This document shows positions 50,877 to 57,410 of a stretch of DNA of 57,410 bases, piece by piece. A model generated the notes under the pieces. The model had not been told where the DNA came from, made no database searches, and was given only the letters and a program-made list of their open reading frames with translations. The stretch is taken from NCBI GenBank assembly GCA_027069855.1, contig JALXEF010000086.1:1-57410 (forward strand). Direction: 5' to 3'. Each line of letters opens with the position of its first letter. Position 1 is the first letter of the stretch. Source of the stretch: a candidate division WOR-3 bacterium (GTDB taxonomy: Bacteria; Hydrothermota; Hydrothermia; WGAB01). Made by a program: the position numbers and the translations under genes.

Positions 50877-51773
50877 ATGGGCGCCGACGACCTGCTCAAG
50901 CGGATACAAAATAACCGCACCCTGGGGGCTTCGCAGATCCTGAGGCTCGGCCTGCGTGCGGCCCGGGCGCTCATCAAAGAACTGTATCCGCTGCCGGAAA
51001 ACCAGCGGTACATCCGGTTCCGGGCGTTTACGCTGGAACTGGCCTCGGCCCGGCCCTCTATGGCTCCCCTGCTCCGTTTGGCCAACGACCTGAATTTTTT
51101 GTGGGACGAAGCGGAAAATCTCAAGGCCCTGGAACAGGCGCTGAACGAACTGAAACGGTTCCTGGAGGCGCAGCGACAGCGCGTTGTGGAAAGCGCGGCC
51201 GAACTCTTCGCCGGCAAACGCCGCATTCTCGTGCACTCCTGGAGTTCATCGGTGGTGGACACCGTGCTCCGGCTGCAGCCCTTCCAGGTGTTCTGCACCG
51301 AGTCGTTCCCCGGCCTGGAGGGGCGCCGAACCGCCAGAAAACTGCTGGAACACCGGATTGCGGTGACCGTGGTGACCGATCCCGCGGTGCCGGAGGTTCT
51401 TTCCGAGGTGGAACTCGTTTTGGTGGGGGCCGATGCGTTCACCACCGAGGGTTTTTACAACAAGGTGGGCACCCATCTGTTGGCCGTGGCCGCCCAGGCC
51501 TTTCGGGTGCCCCTCTGGGTGATCAGCGAATCGTACAAGGGCCTGCCGCGGGATCTTGCGCCCCTGTACCAGCCCGAAGAGGCGCCGTTCCGGATCCCTT
51601 CGGCCCTGCAGGAGGCCACCTGGATCCGGCCCCTGTTTGATTTCACGCCCTGGCACCAGGCAAAGGGCCTGGTGGCCGAGGGAGGAATCCTCGGTATCCA
51701 GGGAATCCAGCAGTTGCTGGAGAGCCTTCAGGTTCACCCCATTCTGGAAGCCTACCGGGAGGTGTTGATCTGA
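50877..51773 (+). CDS. eIF-2B alpha/beta/delta family protein (R15P isomerase/MtnA-like)
   Basis: RPSMA, HS.SS.V, ES.PG.EG, VLVGADA, NKVGT..LA..A, FD.TP. Confidence 0.88.
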   Translation: MGADDLLKRIQNNRTLGASQILRLGLRAARALIKELYPLPENQRYIRFRAFTLELASARPSMAPLLRLANDLNFLWDEAENLKALEQALNELKRFLEAQRQRVVESAAELFAGKRRILVHSWSSSVVDTVLRLQPFQVFCTESFPGLEGRRTARKLLEHRIAVTVVTDPAVPEVLSEVELVLVGADAFTTEGFYNKVGTHLLAVAAQAFRVPLWVISESYKGLPRDLAPLYQPEEAPFRIPSALQEATWIRPLFDFTPWHQAKGLVAEGGILGIQGIQQLLESLQVHPILEAYREVLI

Positions 51774-52492
51774 TGAAGGTTGTGGGCGTGATCCCCGCCC
51801 GCTACGGCTCCAGCAGGTTCCCCGGCAAACCCCTGGCCGAGATCCTGGGCAAACCCCTGATCCAGTGGGTTCTGGAAGCCGCCCGGGGAGCCTGGAGCCT
51901 GGACGAAGTATGGGTGGCCACCGACGATCCCCGGATCGCCCGGGTGGTGAAGCATCTGCAGGGACAGGTGGTGATGACCCCCGCGGAGGTGCCCAGCGGC
52001 ACCGATCGGGTGTTCCTGGCCATCCGCGACAAAGCACCGGACATCGTGGTCAACATCCAGGGCGACGAGCCCCTGCTTCAAAGCGAGATGATCAACACCC
52101 TGGTGACCGCGCTCCTGGAGAACGAAAAGGCCGACCTGGCAACCCTGGCCTACTGGTCTCCGGACCCGGGCACCCCCGACCAGGTGAAGATCGCCCTGTC
52201 GGACGAGGGCTACGCCCTGTACTTCTCCCGCTCCCCCATCCCCTATTTCCGGGAGGGTTCGCCGGAATACTGGATCCACATCGGCCTGTATGCCTACCGT
52301 TTTGAGGCCCTTAAGGCCTTTGTGGAACGCAAGCCCACCCGCCTGGAACAGGCCGAAAAACTGGAACAACTCCGGGCCCTGGACCTGGGGATGCGGATCC
52401 TGGTGGTGCCCGTCAAGGAAAAACTGCATCCCGTGGACCGGCCCGACGACATCCCGGTGGTGGAACACCTGCTGAAACTTCGGCTTCCGTGA
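51773..52492 (+). CDS. kdsB: 3-deoxy-manno-octulosonate cytidylyltransferase
   Basis: IPARYGSSRFPGKPL, SGTDR, NIQGDEP, ALYFSRSPIP, HIGLYAYR, E.LEQLRAL. Confidence 0.96.
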   Translation: MKVVGVIPARYGSSRFPGKPLAEILGKPLIQWVLEAARGAWSLDEVWVATDDPRIARVVKHLQGQVVMTPAEVPSGTDRVFLAIRDKAPDIVVNIQGDEPLLQSEMINTLVTALLENEKADLATLAYWSPDPGTPDQVKIALSDEGYALYFSRSPIPYFREGSPEYWIHIGLYAYRFEALKAFVERKPTRLEQAEKLEQLRALDLGMRILVVPVKEKLHPVDRPDDIPVVEHLLKLRLP

Positions 52493-53835
52493 TTCTCTGG
52501 ATTCTGGCGGGTTTGGTGACCCTGGCGCCACCCGGAACCGGTCCGCGGCTGGCCGGGTTCCGGATCCACGGCTCCCCGGTGCTGGCACTTCAAGACTCCC
52601 TGGACACCTGGCAAACGGCGGTTCGGGATTCCGCACCCTCGGCCAGGGTCCTGGGGCGACTGGTGCACCGCATCACCCGCTTTTTCCAGAACCGGGGGTT
52701 CCCATTTTCCCGGGTGCGGGTGGCCTACTTCACGGGTCCGGAGGATTCGTTGACGGCGCACCTCGTGGTCCAACCCGGCCCGCTGGTCAAGCCCGGGGTG
52801 CTCCGGGCGGAGGGTGTGCCCGGGGTGCCGGGGCCGCTCCGGCGATGGTTCGCCCCGGCTCTCCGGAACCCCTATGCCGTTGAGCGGCTCCGCACGCTGG
52901 CCGAGGGCTGGAACCTCCGGTTCGGCGACCGTCTCACTGTGGATTCCTTTCGCCTGCGGCCGCCCGACACCCTGCTGCTCTTTGTACAACAGCACCCGGC
53001 CAACCACCTGGAGGGCGCGCTCTCTTACGACCAGGCCGGGCGCCTGCTGGGGCGGCTCTCCCTGCGGTTCCTGAACCTGGGCGGCACCCTGCGGGCCCTG
53101 GCGATCTCCTGGTACCGCTGGCGGGCCGAGGAACAGGAACTCCAGGTGGCCTACGAGGAGCCCTGGGTGCCCTACCTGCAGATCCGGCTGGAGGGACGGG
53201 GCTACCTGCAGGACACCCTGATGCAGGTGTGGGAGGGCGCGGTGGTGGTGTTTCCGCTGCAACTTTCCTCCCGGCTGGGCCTTGGGATCGCCCACCAGCG
53301 GAGCCTGTGGATCCCCACCCAGGAGCGCCACCGGGAAACGCGCAGCCTGATCTACGCCGAGGGCGGCACCGATCTGGCCTGGCTCCTTCGGGCCGAGGCC
53401 ACCTCGCGGTTCCTGCGGTACCAGGCTCGGCTCCGGTTGCGGGTGCAGGCACCGCCGGCGCTGGGGGCCGGCGCCGAGGTGGTATCCGCGGGCCTGTACC
53501 GCTCCCCTGCCCTGCAGCCCACCGACCTTCTGGAGGTACCGCTTTCCTGGCTCCCCTTCGGCCTGCGGGCCCTGCCCCGGGAGTTCCGCCGGTTGCTGGG
53601 CATCCGGTACTTCGTGGGCCTTACGACCCCTGCGCTGGCCCTTCGGGGAATGGTGGAACAGAACTTCTGGCGCCGACGCCTGGACGATCCCCAGGGCCAC
53701 CGGGGATGGGGCGCCGGCCTGGAACTCACCTGGCGCACTCCCGGAGGGCTCAGGATGGGGCTGCAGTACACCTGGCGGCCCGGGCTCTCGCCCTGGGACG
53801 GCGTCCTGCGCATAGACCTGAGCCAGGGCTTTTAG
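52489..53835 (+). CDS. Probable outer-membrane POTRA/beta-barrel (Omp85-like) protein
   Basis: Signal-like N-terminus, NRGFPF POTRA-like motif, NLGGT.R, alternating strands, terminal F. Confidence 0.6.
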   Translation: MILWILAGLVTLAPPGTGPRLAGFRIHGSPVLALQDSLDTWQTAVRDSAPSARVLGRLVHRITRFFQNRGFPFSRVRVAYFTGPEDSLTAHLVVQPGPLVKPGVLRAEGVPGVPGPLRRWFAPALRNPYAVERLRTLAEGWNLRFGDRLTVDSFRLRPPDTLLLFVQQHPANHLEGALSYDQAGRLLGRLSLRFLNLGGTLRALAISWYRWRAEEQELQVAYEEPWVPYLQIRLEGRGYLQDTLMQVWEGAVVVFPLQLSSRLGLGIAHQRSLWIPTQERHRETRSLIYAEGGTDLAWLLRAEATSRFLRYQARLRLRVQAPPALGAGAEVVSAGLYRSPALQPTDLLEVPLSWLPFGLRALPREFRRLLGIRYFVGLTTPALALRGMVEQNFWRRRLDDPQGHRGWGAGLELTWRTPGGLRMGLQYTWRPGLSPWDGVLRIDLSQGF

Positions 53836-53853
53836 CCGTACAATTTGCCGCCG

Positions 53854-55089
53854 ATGGCCTGGATCCACGAGGCACTCTCGGAACTCCAGTTCCGGCTCCA
53901 GAAACGCCCCACCTTTGAAAAGGCGCCGCTCCGCCGGGCCGGCCCCTTTGCGGTGTCGCCGTACCCCGAGGGCCGCGACGGCGCGCTGGTGCTCTCGGCC
54001 GACTTTGAACTGGCCTGGGCGTGGCGCATGGGCAAACACAGCCCGGACGCCCGGCAGATGGCCCGACAGGCCCGGGCCAACCTTCCGGTGCTCCTCCGGA
54101 TCTTTGACACCTACCGGGTGCCCATCACCTGGGCCACCGTGGGGCATCTGTTTCTGGAATCCTGTACCTGCCCCAACGGCGTGCCCCATCCCGACATGCC
54201 GCGGCCCGGCCCCTTTGAAACCGACAAATGGGTGTTCCAGGGCCGGGACTGGTACGAGGTGGACCCCTGCACCGATTACCGGCGGGACCCCGAGTACTAC
54301 GCGCCCGACCTGATTGAGGCCATTCTCCAGGCCGAGGTTGCCCACGACATCGGCCTGCACACCTTTTCGCATGTGCCTTTTTTGCGGAGCGTCATCACCG
54401 AGGAGATCGCCCGGCGCGAAATCGAGGCCTCGCTGCAGGCCGCCGAACGCCTGGGGCTGAGGCCCCGGTCCTGGGTGTTCCCCGGCGGGTACCGCGATTT
54501 CCGGGAACTGCTGGCGGAATACGGCATCGTGGTGTATCGGGGCGAGAAGTCGCCCTCCGCCGAACTGCGGGTTCCCCGGTACGAGGAGAACCTGGGGCTC
54601 TGGAACCTGCCCACCACCTACGGTGTGGGGCCGCGGCCCCAGTGGTCCCGGGCCTACTATGTGAAACGGCGGATCCGGTACCTGGAACGGGCCGTGGAAA
54701 CGCGAACCGTGTTCCACTGGTGGTTCCATCCCTCCCTGGCCCCGGACCTCATTGAGGGGGTGATGGAGCCGGTGCTCGCCCGAGCCTACGAACTCCAGCA
54801 GGCCGGAACCCTGTGGGTGGGCACGATGTACGACCTCGCCTCCTATGGCGAGGCCCTGCGCCGGGTGCGCATCCGCGAGGAACAACGGGGCCCGGAGATC
54901 CTGCTGCATCTGGAAGGGCGCGCCGACGATCGGTTCAAGCCCTTCCCCGTGTTCCTGGAACTTGGGGCCGACGAGTTCCGGCGGCAAATTCGGGACCTTT
55001 CGGGGGATTTCCAGGAGGTTCCCCATCCGGCGAAGCGGGTCCTTGCCCTCACGCCGCCGGCCACCCTTCGGATCCGGCTGGCCCGGTAG
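53854..55089 (+). CDS. Polysaccharide deacetylase family protein
   Basis: LSADFELAW, PITWATVG, HDIGLHTFSH, SWVFP, FHWWFHP. Confidence 0.88.
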   Translation: MAWIHEALSELQFRLQKRPTFEKAPLRRAGPFAVSPYPEGRDGALVLSADFELAWAWRMGKHSPDARQMARQARANLPVLLRIFDTYRVPITWATVGHLFLESCTCPNGVPHPDMPRPGPFETDKWVFQGRDWYEVDPCTDYRRDPEYYAPDLIEAILQAEVAHDIGLHTFSHVPFLRSVITEEIARREIEASLQAAERLGLRPRSWVFPGGYRDFRELLAEYGIVVYRGEKSPSAELRVPRYEENLGLWNLPTTYGVGPRPQWSRAYYVKRRIRYLERAVETRTVFHWWFHPSLAPDLIEGVMEPVLARAYELQQAGTLWVGTMYDLASYGEALRRVRIREEQRGPEILLHLEGRADDRFKPFPVFLELGADEFRRQIRDLSGDFQEVPHPAKRVLALTPPATLRIRLAR

Positions 55090-55161
55090 GGCCCACCGCT
55101 TTTGCAGAACCTTGGCCTCCGACAGGGGCAGGGGTATAATTGGGCCAAAAGGAGGCCAACG

Positions 55162-56436
55162 GTGTGGTCAAGGCTTTTTGAAACCGATCCCGAGGTGTTT
55201 CGCTGGATCTACCGGGAAATCCAGCGTCAGCACGAAACCCTGGAATTGATTGCGTCTGAAAACTTCGCCTCTCCGGCGGTGCTCCTGGCCATGGGAACTC
55301 CGCTTTCCAACAAATATGCGGAGGGCTATCCCCATCGGCGCTACTACGGGGGCTGCCAGTATGTGGACGAGGTGGAGGACCTGGCCCGGGAGCGGGCCAA
55401 GCAACTCTTCGGGGCCGAGCACGCCAATGTGCAGCCCCATGCGGGCACCCAGGCCAACCAGGCCGTGTATGCGGCCGTGCTTCAGCCCGGCGACACCATC
55501 CTGAGCATGGAACTCTCGCACGGCGGCCACCTGTCCCACGGCAGCCCGGTGTCGCAGGTGGGCAAACTCTACCGCATCGTGTATTACCATGTGCATCCGG
55601 AAACCGAGCAGATTGACTTCGACGAGGTGCGCCGCCTGGCCCTGGAGCACCGGCCCCGGCTGATTGTCACCGGCTACTCGGCCTATCCCCGCACCATTGA
55701 CTTCCAGCGTTTCCGGGAAATCGCCGACGAAGTGGGCGCCTACCTCATGGCCGACATCGCCCATATCGCGGGTCTTGTGGCCGCTGGCGAACATCCGTCA
55801 CCTGTAGGCATCGCCGACTTCGTGACCACCACCACCCACAAAACCCTGCGGGGCCCCAGGGGCGGCCTGATCCTCACCCAGGCAAAGTACGCCAAGAAGA
55901 TTGACAAGGCCGTGTTCCCGGGACTTCAGGGTGGGCCACTCATGCATGTGATTGCGGCCAAGGCCGTGGCCTTTGCCGAAGCCCTCACCCCGGAGTTCAA
56001 GGCGTACCAGCACCAGATCGTGCTCAACGCCCGGGCTCTGGCGCAGCGGCTTCAGGAACGGGGCCTGCGGCTCGTGGCCGGCGGCACCGACAACCACCTG
56101 ATGCTGGTGGACCTGAGGCCCCTGGGCATCACCGGCAAGGTGGCCGAAGAGGCCCTGGAGCGGGCCGGCATCACGGTTAACAAGAACACCATCCCCTTTG
56201 ATCCCGAAAAGCCCACGGTCACCAGCGGCATCCGGATCGGCGTACCCGCGGTTACCACCCGGGGCATGAAGGAGCCGGAGATGACCCTCATCGCCGACCT
56301 GATCACCGAGGTGCTGGAAGCCCCGGACGACGAAGCCCGGATCCAGCGGGTTCGGGAAGCGGTCCGCGACCTCACCGAGCGGTTTCCCCTGTACCCGGAT
56401 TACCGCTCGTGGATGGAAGCGGCCCAGAAAACCTAA
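55162..56436 (+). CDS. glyA: Serine hydroxymethyltransferase
   Basis: [42 protein letters not shown] start behind AAGGAGG, with TATAAT at 55135. Confidence 0.98.
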   Translation: MWSRLFETDPEVFRWIYREIQRQHETLELIASENFASPAVLLAMGTPLSNKYAEGYPHRRYYGGCQYVDEVEDLARERAKQLFGAEHANVQPHAGTQANQAVYAAVLQPGDTILSMELSHGGHLSHGSPVSQVGKLYRIVYYHVHPETEQIDFDEVRRLALEHRPRLIVTGYSAYPRTIDFQRFREIADEVGAYLMADIAHIAGLVAAGEHPSPVGIADFVTTTTHKTLRGPRGGLILTQAKYAKKIDKAVFPGLQGGPLMHVIAAKAVAFAEALTPEFKAYQHQIVLNARALAQRLQERGLRLVAGGTDNHLMLVDLRPLGITGKVAEEALERAGITVNKNTIPFDPEKPTVTSGIRIGVPAVTTRGMKEPEMTLIADLITEVLEAPDDEARIQRVREAVRDLTERFPLYPDYRSWMEAAQKT

Positions 56437-56448
56437 AAAGGGCACAGC

Positions 56449-57410
56449 GTGGATCTCCGGGAAGCCGAACGACGGATTCTGCAGGTGCTGGCCCGGGATC
56501 CTCTCTCGCCCCGGATTTTCATCGTCTCAGCCCCCCTGGGGCTACCGGTAGAATCCTGGTTCCAGAATCTCCAGAAGAAAACCGCCCGGCGGGGTGAACT
56601 ACGGGCAGTGATTCGTCTACGGCAACTGCGGCGGGTCCCGGCCTTCTACGTGGTTCAAAAGATTGCTGCAGAGATCCGCAAGGCGTATCCGGACACCTGG
56701 GCCTCGGTGACGGAACACACCCCTCTGGCCGCCCCCTTCACCACGCCGGCACCGGAAATCTCCCGGGAAGAGGGTTTCCGCTGGCTCAAGTACATCGCCC
56801 AGATCCTGGCCTGGTTCGCGGTGGACCAGCCCCTCAAGGTGTACATCAGCCAATTGGAACACGCCGATCCGTGGTCACTGAGAACCCTGGAATACCTGAT
56901 GAACCACCTGATCACCACCCCCCTTCAGGTGTTTGCAACCTGGAAACCTCCGCCCCAGGTCCTGGGCACGACGCTCGCCTCCGGCATTCTGCAGGGGCAG
57001 ATCCACCTGTTGCCGGTGGATCTGCCCTCGGAGCGGGAACTCTTCAACGACTGGCAGGAAAGGGTTCCAGATGCCGGTGCTCTGCGATATCTGATCCGCC
57101 TCACGCATCGCCGTCCCCTTGCGCTTCGACAAATCCTCAAGGCCCTGGATACCGGGGCAACCCTTACCGAAGCCGCCGCCCAGGAATGGGTGGAAACCGT
57201 ACCCCGGATCCTGGATTCCCAGGACCAGGCCGTCCTTTACCTGTTGCAACGCTTTTCCGAAGGCCTCACCCTGTGGGAGATCCGAAACCTTCTGCGGCTT
57301 TCCCACGAGGTTCTTTCCCATTCCCTTTCCTATCTGAACTCGCTGGGGCTGCTTTTCCAGGACCGGGGATACCTGGGAGCGACCCTCCCGCGGAGCCCCC
57401 TACCCAAACC
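56449..57410 (+). CDS. Partial ORF, degenerate STAND/AAA_16-like ATPase domain protein
   Basis: Frame from GTG 56449 apparently runs off the window end; PLKVYISQLEHADPWSL..LEYL...PLQVFATW.P mirrors PL....DDLHWAD..SL. Confidence 0.65.
   Translation, partial: MDLREAERRILQVLARDPLSPRIFIVSAPLGLPVESWFQNLQKKTARRGELRAVIRLRQLRRVPAFYVVQKIAAEIRKAYPDTWASVTEHTPLAAPFTTPAPEISREEGFRWLKYIAQILAWFAVDQPLKVYISQLEHADPWSLRTLEYLMNHLITTPLQVFATWKPPPQVLGTTLASGILQGQIHLLPVDLPSERELFNDWQERVPDAGALRYLIRLTHRRPLALRQILKALDTGATLTEAAAQEWVETVPRILDSQDQAVLYLLQRFSEGLTLWEIRNLLRLSHEVLSHSLSYLNSLGLLFQDRGYLGATLPRSPLPK

Noticed and set aside
52294-55026. 910-aa minus-strand ORF and other long antisense ORFs (e.g. 44440-45918, 46361-47722)
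   Set aside because: Shadow frames of well-supported high-GC genes, with no recognisable motifs.

Overview
High-GC diderm bacterial chromosome. The kdsA/kdsB genes, Omp85 proteins and T9SS-like C-terminal domains are compatible with an FCB-group/WOR-3-like lineage (inference only). Housekeeping genes occupy 1-10.3 kb and 42.6-57.4 kb. Between them lies a ~31 kb CRISPR-Cas island bracketed by GTAG-type REP clusters: cas6; a type III-C module (cmr1-cmr6-cas10-cmr4-cmr5-cmr3) whose Cas10 lacks both the HD dyad and GGDD; a type I-B module (cas8b1 with an internal, apparently duplicated cas11, cas7, an inserted UPF0175/DUF3368 toxin-antitoxin pair, cas5, cas3, cas4, cas1, cas2); and a ~11.9 kb array of roughly 178 30-bp repeats. 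The most unusual element is at the array trailer. A Mu-like phage MuF-PBECR nuclease fragment is fused in frame to the AUG of the penultimate repeat's predicted 5' handle. It is followed by a convergent promoter driving a predicted ~78-nt two-hairpin kissing-loop RNA, a candidate RNA antitoxin. All calls come from motif recognition by eye; no searches were run.
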